Assembly: GCF_000002075.1 (NCBI RefSeq)
Contig: NW_004797587.1
Location: 279,121 to 343,120 of the forward strand
DNA length: 64,000 nucleotides
Reading direction: 5' to 3'
Origin: Aplysia californica
Lineage: Eukaryota
Below, in pieces: positions 52,807 through 64,000 of this stretch (positions within the stretch are counted from its first letter, which is position 1; each line of letters begins with the position of its first letter). The position numbers and the translations under genes were made by a program. The notes under the pieces are model-generated. The model saw only the letters and a program-made list of their open reading frames with translations. It searched no databases and was not told the DNA's origin.

Positions 52807-55244
52807 ACTTAACTTTCGAATCTGATAAAATTAACAGTGGTTCAGATTCATTTTAAAGGGTGCACAGTTATTTAAAGGAGTCTGAAGTCACTGTAGTTTA
52901 ATTTTAAGTTTTTCATTAGTTTCGTTAAGGTCTAATCTTGGGAAAGTCTGCCGTCTAAGATGCCTTTGTAAACAAATGAGGGTTCGGTTCACATGAAGTG
53001 CGCACTGAACCCACAATGACTTGACGAAGATTCTTTTGAGTCTGTTCTCATCTAACGGGGTACCCAGCTACTGCTAGCCTAAATATTTATTTTAAAATCG
53101 TTATATTTAGTTTTAGAATCTAAAAACACAACAAGCTAAAGACTTGAAAAAAAAAATTAACCCATTCATTGCCGTAGTACAGTCCACACTTTGCCCGCAG
53201 TTTTTTAAATATTTATAACTATTTCATTTCAATTTCACTCCACTGTCACATAAATATATATAGTTTGCATTCGCTAACAACTAGAAATAACGTCATCATG
53301 ATGTCACTCAAAGCTCAAGTGAAATTACAAGCTCTATAATTCACCAAAAACGAAAGTCTGAAGGACTCTCTTCTGAACTGTCCTTTTTTTTGTTGTGAAA
53401 TGATTCCCATGGATAAAAAGTTTGGATTCTCGAGATAGTTCAAATAGCGAACTGTATCTAAAGTCTTAAATATTATATAAAATGCAAAGTATCATTTTCG
53501 ATGCAGTCAAACCTATGCTTGTAAGATGGCTACATATTGTCAGTTATTGTCGAGGAAAGGTGCCTGCTGTGTAAGACAAGGGACCGGCATACGCAGGGCT
53601 GCTGTTAAAGGAAAACAATCCATACGTCTGAGATCCAAATGGAGGTGGTCGTATGTAGGACTGTTTAACATGTTTACAGCTCTAATAAAAATGCTTTTTT
53701 TGTAATAGGAGGAGGGGATAGAAAGGTTTCTTGTAGGGTTTTTTGTTATTAGATCTAGAAATCTAGTTATTTATATTTTTAAAAAATTATTGTTTCGTGC
53801 AAGTTAAAACTTTAATGTTTTGGAAGAGGAAGACAGAATGCCAAAACAAACAAATGGGTCACCACTACTCGGCGAAAGAGCAACACTTACAACTGTTGAC
53901 ATCATGTACTGGGTAGGCCGAAACAGTATCCTCTTATTTCATCTCATATTTGTGTATGAGCTGTGGGAGGGGCTTATTAGGAGGTTATCATGTTTCTCTC
54001 ACTAGCGGCTGAAAATTTATAAATTTTTACTGTTTGGTAGACTTGGAGGGTAAACTAGTGACCTAAGTTTTGTTTTAGTTTAAGTAAGAGTTTTTACGGC
54101 ATTCACAACTGCATAAAAAAGCTAGTGACCTAAACAACACGATCATTGAAAAACCCAGGTGAATGGATTATAACGGCATATCCACTATGTCAGTGGCCAA
54201 TACATAATTAATGACAAAGTCACAGCGTCAGGTGATAAGAGATTTTTGTGCCTTAAGCCGACAAAACGCCATTTTTCATTTTGGTGCAAAAAAATGTTTT
54301 TCACAAAATGGAAAGCCCGATTAGTTACCCTACTTTTGTGAAAAAATCAAAATGAAATTGACTAGTTTTTGAAAGAATTATTCAAATTTGAGAAGTACTC
54401 TATTTTCCAATGGTTTAAAAACCCATTTCTCAAACCAGCTGTGAATTTAAAAAAAAAGGCATTTTGTCAGCTTGTGGCAGATTTGCATTGCCATCTTAAG
54501 CATGTTTTTGGGTTATAGTTGAAAAAATATGGTGGCTCTGTCCGCATTGGACAAGTGTCCGTTTTACACACTGAAATTATAGAAAAAACGCAAGCGGGGA
54601 ATGGAAAGTGGCCGTTTGTACAGGTGGTTGTATCATACTGGTGGCTGTCATGGCAGGTTTGACTGTATTTTACAGAGTCGTGATTTGTTGACATGAAGGA
54701 TACAGAGGTTTTCGGAAGAATAGGGTAAAACTCAAACGTGCATTACTAAAACTTGTTCTTCAAATTCACATAGCAATTACACACCAAAATTCTTTACCTT
54801 GGCATTAGTCAGATTAAAGTAAATGCTGTCAGCAAGCTGTTAAACTTAAGTCCAGAAGAATTTTTTTTTTTTCAGGAGAGGAAAAAATGTTTCATTCTTC
54901 TAACAGTTGTATCTAGGCCTACATTTGTATTTTATTAAAAAAAAAATTTTTTCAACATTTAGAATTCAAATTTTTGCAAAATATTTCCTTCGTACATGCA
55001 CCCAATAAAATACCGGGTACTGACAGATTAGGAAACTGCAATTTTGAAATATTTCGAAATTTTTTGCTTAGACTAAAGAGCCTACATTTTAAGAGCTGGC
55101 CGATAATTTGTATATATATATCTTTTAAGTATGAAATAGCAGTTCAGGAAGTAGATTCACCTCATATGGATCATGTAGACTGAAATATATATATATATAT
55201 GCAGTATGATTAATACAGTCAAACCTGTGTAAGACGGCCACCCG

Positions 55245-56465
55245 TTGTCAGCACACCATAGTACCGAGACAGCGTTACTTAGGGTCTGTACTGATATTTT
55301 AAAATATATTGATGAAAAAAAGGTATGTCTTCTTACTCTTTTGGACCTTTCGGCTGCATTCGATACCATTGATCATGGTATTTTACTCGAGAGATTAAAT
55401 ACTACTTTTGGCATAAAGGGTACTGTCCTGCGATGGTTTGAGTCATATTTTAAGGATCGAACACAAGCAGTTGTGGTTGGAAACACGTGTTCTAATAATG
55501 TTTTGCTTAGATGTGGTGTTCCTCAGGGGTCTGTTCTTGGACCTGTCTTGTTTACAATGTATACACAACCTATTGCTGATATTTTAAGACAATATGGCAT
55601 GAATTACCATCTTTATGCTGATGACACTCAAATTTATAAGTCTATTGATTTCGATCAAATACCACTTTTAGTCGACTCTACTGAACAATGTACTAGAGAT
55701 TTAAAAATATGGATGACCAGCAATAAATTGAAACTAAATGATGACAAGACGGAAATAATGTTGAGTGGAAATACAAAAGCCATTAAAAATCTCCCAGAGC
55801 TACAAATTGATATTAATAACCATACCATTCGTTCAAAAAGAAGTCTTAAAAATCTAGGGGTTCAGTTGGATTATGATATGTCTATGTCCTCCCAAATAAG
55901 CCAGCTCAGCAAAAGTATTTACTTTCAGCTTAAGAAAATTGGCAGTGTAAGAAATTATTTAACTAAAGCAGCAGCCAAGACACTTGTAACAACACTCATT
56001 TGATCAAAGTTAGATTACTGTAATGTTATTTTGTCCGGTTTGACATCCGAAAAACTATCAAAGTTACAAGTACTTCAAAATCAAGCAGCAAAATTGATAA
56101 TGAAACAAAAGAAATCAGCCCACGTAACACCAATTCTGAAAGAACTACACTGGCTGCCAATAAAAGAAAGGATTAAATACAAAACTGCCGTTCTCTGTTT
56201 TAAATGTATAAATGATAGTGCACCTTTTTATCTTAAAACATTCCTGGAATTATATAATCCACCTAGAGCCCTTAGATCAGCCTCTGACAATCTAATTCTT
56301 AAAACTCCAAAACAAAACTACAAAACATACTGCGAGCGTTCCTTTTTGTTCTTTGGTCCCCAGGTATGGAACGAAATCCCATATAAAATAAGATCTGCCC
56401 CAACAATTTCTATTTTCAAAAATCAGCTGAAGCATTTTTTATTCACAAAAGCATACCTGTCATAA
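55245..56465 (+). mobile_element. 5'-truncated L2/CR1-group non-LTR retrotransposon, reverse transcriptase region with one in-frame stop
   Basis: Motifs HSTETAL, LDLSAAFDTIDH, GVPQGSVLGP, YADDTQ, NKLKLNDDKTE, SKLDYCN and LHWLPI. ORFs 55245-56003 and 56031-56465 are in the same frame, split by TGA at 56001. The 3'UTR probably runs through the N block to about 56900. Confidence 0.93.
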
Positions 56466-56914
56466 TAATGTACTGTGATATATATGCATGTGTATGCCAG
56501 ACTGTGAGACTGAANNNNNNNNNNNNNNNNNNNNNNNNNNNNNNNNNNNNNNNNNNNNNNNNNNNNNNNNNNNNNNNNNNNNNNNNNNNNNNNNNNNNNN
56601 NNNNNNNNNNNNNNNNNNNNNNNNNNNNNNNNNNNNNNNNNNNNNNNNNNNNNNNNNNNNNNNNNNNNNNNNNNNNNNNNNNNNNNNNNNNNNNNNNNNN
56701 NNNNNNNNNNNNNNNNNNNNNNNNNNNNNNATAGAATTAATGTTTTAATGAATGTTTCTAGTTACTCACGTTTCAACTGTATTTTGACTGTTCGTGAATT
56801 TATATTGCATTGTATATTTTTAGTGAACACATTTTCAACCTCACTGCGAGACTGTTTTTCTGGTATAAAATTTTACACATATGCATTTATATTATATGTA
56901 TAATACTTTGTTTT

Positions 56915-57464
56915 ACGTAATGTCCTGTTATATCCGATCCCTGTTAAATCCGAAATGCAAGGAAAGTGAGCATTTGTGGACTAATCCAGCTGTAGGCCCC
57001 AACTTATTCATGGGTAGTTTCCTTTGCCACAAGTACCCACGAACAGGGGTTTTGGCACCAACTTTCTCCATTGCCTCACATCAGAAGAGCTTGGTCCACA
57101 GCATCTACATCGGGTAGTCTCATCTTCTTTCGATCCAGAGCAAACTTTCCATTGCCACTATCTTCTCTCTATCCTTGATAATGGTGTGAATCGACCCTTG
57201 TGGAATGTCGAACTGACGATAAATCTCTGCCAGTGGAGCTTGCTTCTTGTCAACAGCCTGGATTATTTCATATTTTTTGTCAATTGAAAGGCATTTTCTC
57301 GTGCGCTTGACATCGTTGGTGACACATTACGTGTGTGTGTTGCTAGATCTATGTTTTGGGCTAGATCGAGGTCTGTAGCACACTGTTGCAGCCCTCTGTT
57401 GCTTCACACGCTGCGTGTGCTTGCAGTGGCATGGCTTGCATGGGCTTGCTCCATCACTGCGTTG

Positions 57465-57531
<67 letters not shown>

Positions 57532-57715
57532 TTTTTACACATTGTAACGAGCCTTTGTTCCTGCTATAAGCGGTTGGGCTGCGATGAGGCCCTGTTATTG
57601 CCGATAACTTTTAATAGAGACAAAGAGTAGAGTAGGAAAAAACGGGGGATTTAAAAAATCCCTGTTATTACCGGATCCCTGTTATTACCGGACCTGTTAT
57701 ATATGGTTTCCACTG
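56915..57715 (-). mobile_element. pogo/Tigger-type DNA transposon remnant with N-terminal CENP-B-like HTH transposase fragment
   Basis: Minus strand ~57325-57075 reads KRTRKCLSIDKKYEIIQAVDKKQAPLAEIYRQFDIPQGSIHTIIKDREKI, then after a frameshift RKKMRLPDVDAVDQALL. Terminus CAGTGGAAACC is flanked by TA at 57716-57717, with subterminal CCTGTTAT repeats. Confidence 0.85.
57465..57528. repeat. (CT)n microsatellite inside the pogo remnant
   Basis: Directly visible. Confidence 0.95.
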
Positions 57716-58356
57716 TACCTACCTTCCTGCTTTTGCTGGAGAGTTATACTTTTGAAAAATTTGTTTTAAATTTACTTTACTTGAGAAACAGAAATTTACA
57801 GACTCCTGCTCTATTCACTTGTAATTCCTGGCCATTACTTGATGTACAATATGTCATCAAGAAAGACTTTAAATGCATAATTTAGCTGGTCTGATAAAAT
57901 CTGGAACGTGTCACTAAACACTGAACCGAGATATTGGCAAAAGTAGTCAGCGAGGTCAGTTCTAGTCAATTCTGAGTGATGCATACCAGGGGGATTTCCC
58001 TAACCGTTTTAGAATACATGTATAATTCAAGAGCTGTTTCTTGTTAAAATTAATTTAAAATATTTTTAAATCTGTTCGAAACCTGATAGCCATGGAAAAA
58101 TTTTCTTCTGTAATATTTACTACTTTCACCTTTTTTGTTGTTCTTTAGACGTGTCCTGTCATCTGCTTTCATCTCCTTATTCTTTCCTCTCATTATTGCG
58201 TTCATGTGTTTCTCTTTACTAAAACAAACAAGCAATATAGGACAATTTTTAATGCAACAGTTTGTTTATTTTGTTTCTTCACAGATTCACCTTTGACTTC
58301 ACCATCAAGATCATTGGTTCTGGGTTTGTCTATGGTGACTGAAAAACGAACTGGAA

Positions 58357-60456
58357 ATGACGGAAGAAACCATGCAGTACCAGATTGAGGTTCAGGAGGG
58401 TTCTGGAAACGGAGAGGTTATCATTATTTACAACTGTGACAGTGAAGAAATTACGCCCGAGTTGTTGGCGAACACCTTGACAGAGTTGTCCAAGCAGGCT
58501 GCAACACAACAAACAGCGACAAAACTTCCAAGTGAAAATGACCAATCTCAGCCTCAAGAGTATATTCTTAGTCAAGACATGGCTGACACATCGGGCCAGT
58601 TTGAACTTTCACTTGTTGATCTACCATCTGTTAAGGTAGAGGAGCCAGGCACTCAAAGCGTCACTATTGAGGGTTCCCAGTTTCAAAATGAAATCTTTCT
58701 TGAAACTCCTTTGGAAGTGAAAGATGAAAGACTTGATGAAGCCGTAGGTTTGGAAACTGGCCTAAGCAATTCCGTCACTGAGCAGATTCAGATTTTGGGA
58801 GGTTTAAAACCTGAACTGGAGCCTGCCTTTGAAGGTCAAGCTACAAATACGTTGACTCATTTTTTGGTTGGTGAAGAAGCAAAGGAGCAGCAGTTTGTGG
58901 GTACAGATGAGGAGGCAAATGCAACCCAGTCTTGTGACAATTCAACTAATGACAAGAGATATGATGTTCTTCCGAGTACTACATCTGAAAATGAAAGTGC
59001 TCCTTTAGAAGTCAAAGAGGAACCTGTGTTGTACTCCTGTCACCACTGTGACTATTTTAGCCGTGTGGAACTAGAAGTGCAAAGACATTTAAAAAATGAG
59101 CACAATGAGGAAGAACCATTCAGGTGTTCCATTTGTCATAAAACTTTCAAAGTGGAGCTGAGCCTTCAGATCCATTCATTAATGCATGGGGGTAGTGCTG
59201 ATTCCCCCACACCTGATATAGACTTTGGATTCAATGTGAAAAAAATCTACACCTGTCCCTTATGCGATTTTGAATACAAAAGCAAAATAAAGATCACAAA
59301 TCATGTCAAGAAGGAACATAAAGGTGAAACTGTGTACAGATGCTCCAAATGCCCATATGCCTGCCTGACCTCGGAGGAACTGAAGTCTCACGAAACATCT
59401 CCGAAACACGACGATGAAATGAAAACTCTGTGTCCTCAATGCGGTATTTCATGTAAGAACATTCGAAGGCATATCAAAATTGCTCACAATAATTCAAGGC
59501 CTTACTTGTGCACAGATTGTGGTTTCAGAGCCAAATCAATTACCAATCTCAATGCTCACACTGTCATACATTCTGAAGTGAAGGAAGTGAAATGCTCATT
59601 GTGTGATTATCGTTGCCATACCAAAAATCAGTTGGATAGGCACATGGTTCGGCATTCATCTGTGAAGAAATTCAAATGTTCCTTTCCTGATTGTGCCTTT
59701 GCTTGTAAGACACAAGGCAGCCTGAAGAGGCACACTCAAATCCACACGTCTGGTATCAAATATGCATGTCCAATCTGTGATTATTACGCACGGGACCGTG
59801 CAGACCTGAAGAAACACAAAATTTCACAGCACCCGAGAAATGTATCTTATGATTGTAAGGAATGTGGCATGTCCTTTGAAAGAGTTGCTGAGTTGAAAAA
59901 GCATTCGTTGGCAATTCATCGGAGCAATAAGATTTGCTTTTGTGCTTATTGTGATTATTCTTGTGAGACACCACAGGAACTCAGAGACCATATGCAGATT
60001 CACTATGGGAAATACTCCTTTATTTGCAATGTATGCGGATATACATGCAGACTGAAGTCATTATACAAGCGGCACATGGCTCGGCATAACAAGGATAAAA
60101 AGTTTGCATGTCCAACCTGTAATTATGCCTGTGCTGAGAAAGCAGACTTGCAGAAACACCTGACATCAAAGCATTCTCAAGAAAAACCCTATGCCTGCCC
60201 TCACTGTAACTATAAGTGTAAATTTCAAGCTCGACTTAACAACCATATAGCTTATGTGCACAGTGATTTGAAACCATATTTTTGTAAATTGTGTCCTTAT
60301 ACCGGGAAGTCTGCTGAGAACCTCCGAAAACATTTAGGGACCCATTCTGGGTTGGTCAAAACAATTCAGTGTGTGCTGTGTGACTATGCTACTGCTGAAA
60401 AAGCTAAACTCAAAAGGCATATGCAGGTCCACATCAAGAGGGCTGTGTTTCAATAA
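58357..60456 (+). CDS. Multi-C2H2 zinc-finger protein (16 fingers, acidic N-terminus), 699 aa, single coding exon
   Basis: Intact ORF. I count 16 CxxC...HxxxH fingers, many of the CDY/CNY type seen in REST/ZFP64/ZNF142-like proteins. The exon acceptor TTCTTCACAG ends at 58284 and an in-frame TGA lies at 58336 upstream of the ATG. The orthologue was not identified. Confidence 0.93.
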   Translation: MTEETMQYQIEVQEGSGNGEVIIIYNCDSEEITPELLANTLTELSKQAATQQTATKLPSENDQSQPQEYILSQDMADTSGQFELSLVDLPSVKVEEPGTQSVTIEGSQFQNEIFLETPLEVKDERLDEAVGLETGLSNSVTEQIQILGGLKPELEPAFEGQATNTLTHFLVGEEAKEQQFVGTDEEANATQSCDNSTNDKRYDVLPSTTSENESAPLEVKEEPVLYSCHHCDYFSRVELEVQRHLKNEHNEEEPFRCSICHKTFKVELSLQIHSLMHGGSADSPTPDIDFGFNVKKIYTCPLCDFEYKSKIKITNHVKKEHKGETVYRCSKCPYACLTSEELKSHETSPKHDDEMKTLCPQCGISCKNIRRHIKIAHNNSRPYLCTDCGFRAKSITNLNAHTVIHSEVKEVKCSLCDYRCHTKNQLDRHMVRHSSVKKFKCSFPDCAFACKTQGSLKRHTQIHTSGIKYACPICDYYARDRADLKKHKISQHPRNVSYDCKECGMSFERVAELKKHSLAIHRSNKICFCAYCDYSCETPQELRDHMQIHYGKYSFICNVCGYTCRLKSLYKRHMARHNKDKKFACPTCNYACAEKADLQKHLTSKHSQEKPYACPHCNYKCKFQARLNNHIAYVHSDLKPYFCKLCPYTGKSAENLRKHLGTHSGLVKTIQCVLCDYATAEKAKLKRHMQVHIKRAVFQ

Positions 60457-60808
60457 AATAGTTTGTTTTTTTATTACAGTATTCATTTCTCAGGAATTGG
60501 TGCCTGTGGTATAGCATACTGAACATCTCTGTCAGTTTGCTATGAGTATGGTGCTGTATCCAGCTCAGCTTAGATTGACTCTGACAGGCAGGTTCAAGAT
60601 TCAAAGCAGCCTACATCCTGTATCATTTCTACTGCCCTGAGGGGATGTAACGCTTGCATTTGCGCATAGGTTATTATATCTCTCTCTGGACATCTGACAT
60701 CATGTATTATGTCAGCTTCCTAGAATTTTTATCCATATCCCTACTTACTTTTTTTCCACCTGTTAATTTGTTTATTGTTCCTATTCTTTGTTTTAGCAGC
60801 GTACAAAC

Positions 60809-61644
60809 TAGTCAAACCTTGTTGTACTGCCCCCCGTTATACCGCCAGCCCAGCTTCCTGCCAGGTTTTGCCAATGTACGAAAAGGAACGCCTGTATAAA
60901 CAGATCTAGTATTTGCGTCCTCATGAGTTGTACGGTCCTTATTAAACTAATGTGACATACACACTGCACACGGCACCCATACAGTGGCTGCTAGATAATC
61001 TTTTCAACACACGACTCTGCAAAGTAGGCCTATTTCTAGGCACTTGCCGATTTTCTCTTGATTTGATCTGATTATGAAATGTTATTTTAAGGCTTTGGCC
61101 ATTATTTTAAAAAAAAGGAATTAAGTTTTAAAGTTTCCTGGAGAAACTTCAAACAAAGGAGCCAACTCGGCCTAAGAGCAAAATATCTTGCGGCGCCAAG
61201 TATTAGCCCAATGACCTAATCGCTGGCGGGGGCCTGAGAGGCTTTTGTATTGTGAGGATTCACATTTAAATCTATATGATAGGTCGAAGGTGGCCCAAGG
61301 TCCGATGAGTGTCGGGTTTGAAAAAAAGCAACGTACGTCTGCAGGGCCCTTTTCAATTTGAATTTACTTAAAGTAGCCTACTTAAAGTTTAACTAGAGTT
61401 GTACATGATGTTAACTGGTTGGTCCTTTTTTTCCCCCTTGTGCTTGGCAATTGGGCAAGATGGATCTAGAAGAGTCAAGACTGGCTCAAGTTTGTCTCTT
61501 GTCTCTAGTCCCTACCAGTCTACCACAAGTGCCCCTAGTCAAGATGGCAGTCGGGGGTATCCGGTTATTCCGCCACCCTCACTGAAACTCCAACTTTATC
61601 ATTTATGCTTGTCCTAAGGTAGGCGGTATAACGAGGTTTGACTG
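60809..61644. mobile_element. CAGTCAAACC MITE just 3' of the zinc-finger CDS
   Basis: TAGTCAAACCTTGTTGTACTGCC ... GGCGGTATAACGAGGTTTGACTG|TA; internally similar to 30087-30964. Confidence 0.72.
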
Positions 61645-62399
61645 TAGGTTTGTAATGCTTGTTTGAGGTGATCTGTTTTCCTCACGATATAAGTATAAGA
61701 AGTCAAGTCAGTGAAGGAGAGAAACATGAAATGTCCATTTTATTGATTGGGTCTGGGAGTCTGTGAGGCAAAAATATTAAAAATGTTCCTGTTCTAGTTT
61801 TAGTGCAATGTAATTGCATGGGGACTGTTGTCAGATCAGACGAAGAAAATATTTTATCTCCGTACGCTTATTGAATTTACATGTATTTTGAGTTTTTGGT
61901 TAACAATTCATTACTTTTTTAGGATAAAAATTTGACATGGTAGAAAAAGTCCAACTTATCATTTTGTTTACATTATAAAATGCTAACTATTGGCCAGAAA
62001 GCCCTTACAGTACAGCCTTTTACATGACAAATGTTTTAGACTGAAACTTTTGTAAAGGTTGAAATTGAATTATGTGTTGACATTGTTCTGTCATTTTCAG
62101 GATATGTTTCCTTTCTTTTTAATGAAGTTTTAAAAAAGAGGTGCTTTTATAAAGCAGGTCTAGCTAGTTGCATGTGTTTATCAAAGTTTTATGGATTTTT
62201 TATGAAATGTGTTTACCGGGTACTTGCAACGGGTCAGTAGACAGACTGAGTCTGTGCATACACTTGTGCAACCGAGTTCATTCGGCCTGAGGCTGGGGGC
62301 GGTGCCACTGACTGAAGTGTTTTTAGGCCATTTCCAAAAGGGGGACATTTCTCATTCTAATGCACAGTAGAATTGTAAATGGGCTGATCCAACAATGTC

Positions 62400-62680
62400 A
62401 TGCTCATGACTGTGCCTGATATACAACAGGGAACTGCTGCTTTTTCTTTCCTATTCCTTACTATCGTCATTTTCCTCTACTTCTTTTGTATGTTTGTCAC
62501 ACACTTGTGACCCCGCTATTTCCGGGGTGCCTTGATAGTCGAAGCAGACTTTGTGCTGTTGAAGCTAGAGAGGTGAGCAGAGTAAGTCTGATTCCCTGAA
62601 GGACTTCTCTGATGACATCTACCCCTTTGCGCTCATATAACCTTATAATGCAGCTGCGAGCGCCGTAAAACCTCTACTTT
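62400..62680 (+). mobile_element. 3' fragment of the 31795-33880 element
   Basis: Close reverse complement of 31795-32070. Confidence 0.75.
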
Positions 62681-64000
62681 AAAAAAAGAGCCTGGCTTGT
62701 CCTTTTTCAGCAGTTGCTGTGGAAAGCTGATGAAATGAATGAAGTTTTAACAATTGGCTGAATAGTGTCACTTGTACATCCTACTTCTTAACGCTCTCTT
62801 TCTCAGCTATTTGTGTCGATCACCTTTTGTCTTTCTTTTTCCTAACAGTGGGTGACAGGACAGTTATTGTGTTGATGTGCTTCTTCAAGTAAAAATACGG
62901 TACTCAAATAGAATTTCGTCTTTTTTACTCAATGAAAATTGAATATTGTTGTATTTGTATTCCAAATTAAAAAATGTTACAATTACCGTACCAGTTTCTT
63001 GTAAATTTGTTTTGTTTTTAGTTGTCTTTGTAGAAAGATAGAGGAGAGAATGAGTGAGGCATCATGTAACATGTAATGGTAGAGTTCTTTTGTTGCATGC
63101 ATGCAAAAGATGTGAGTATGATTTTTGGCTTTAGGAAGTACAGTGGAGTTTGCTTTAAAAAACCGAATATAGTAAATCCGAAAACAGTGGTAACACCGAA
63201 AGAAGATAAAATGTAAAATGGTTCCCAANNNNNNNNNNNNNNNNNNNNNNNNNNNNNNNNNNNNNNNNNNNNNNNNNNNNNNNNNNNNNNNNNNNNNNNN
63301 NNNNNNNNNNNNNNNNNNNNNNNNNNNNNNNNNNNNNNNNNNNNNNNNNNNNNNNNNNNNNNNNNNNNNNNNNNNNNNNNNNNNNNNNNNNNNNNNNNNN
63401 NNNNNNNNNNNNNNNNNNNNNNNNNNNNNNNNNNNNNNNNNNNNNNNNNNNNNNNNNNNNNNNNNNNNNNNNNNNNNNNNNNNNNNNNNNNNNNNNNNNN
63501 NNNNNNNNNNNNNNNNNNNNNNNNNNNNNNNNNNNNNNNNNNNNNNNNNNNNNNNNNNNNNNNNNNNNNNNNNNNNNNNNNNNNNNNNNNNNNNTCACCA
63601 GTGTATTGTTTGCCTCTGTTATATTTTTATAATAATCACATTTCACATTCCGGTACATCAGAATCAATTACCTTCACTTTGTGCAGGCCTAGCTAGGCCA
63701 AGTAAAGCAAGGATTGAGTTAGTACGTCGGTCGCGCGGCCTTATGTAATATATTGGTCGTGGCCTATCATTGTCTGCGAAACTAGTAGTTCTGGATCGGC
63801 TCTATGCATACTTATATATGTGCACGTGAAAGCACGTGGTATTGTTCATGATATCATTGGCATTGGGCTCTCTTTCTGCTCTATTTATCAACTGTTTTGT
63901 CTGTGCTGTTTGATGTGTAACAACGTGTGGGTGGTTGGAGGGTGCCACTGGCAGATCCTACTTCTTTACTTTCCCTCAGTTGTTTCTGTCTGTTTGTGTT

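Noticed and set aside
53157-53200. piggyBac-like left end TTAA|CCCATTCATTGCC
   Set aside because: No matching right terminus was found, so no element could be delimited.
56001-56003. Programmed readthrough or selenocysteine at the in-frame TGA of the RT
   Set aside because: The position corresponds to a hydrophobic residue before S(R/K)LDYCN in a 5'-truncated LINE; a nonsense mutation is the simple explanation.

Overview
Eukaryotic (animal) genomic DNA: AT-rich, with GT-AG introns, microsatellites and many transposon relics. An invertebrate, plausibly a gastropod mollusc, is inferred from repeat content but not proven. Three host genes were reconstructed by hand. (1) A 5-exon C-factor/CsgA-like short-chain dehydrogenase (+, 3299-12190, 259 aa). 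(2) A 9-coding-exon ERGIC1 orthologue (-, 34449-22111, 291 aa), convergent with gene 1. (3) A single-coding-exon protein with 16 C2H2 zinc fingers (+, 58357-60456, 699 aa). The rest is mostly TE debris: a 5'-truncated L2/CR1-type LINE RT, two RTE-clade LINE relics (one internally deleted), a pogo/Tigger transposase remnant with many TA-flanked CAGT MITEs, piggyBac-, Harbinger- and Kolobok-like MITEs, and two tRNA-derived SINE families. The most unusual object is a 2.44-kb non-coding element (50365-52806) with GAG...CTC TIRs and an ACTT target duplication (Sola2-like). It carries about 14 palindromic motifs at ~170-185 bp spacing, arranged as a higher-order repeat; it looks superficially CRISPR-like but is not CRISPR. 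A second notable object is a ~2-kb non-coding retro-like element that shares its 3' tail with a tRNA-SINE. No prokaryotic systems, rRNA or intact tRNA genes were found. All alignments and TE family calls were made by eye.
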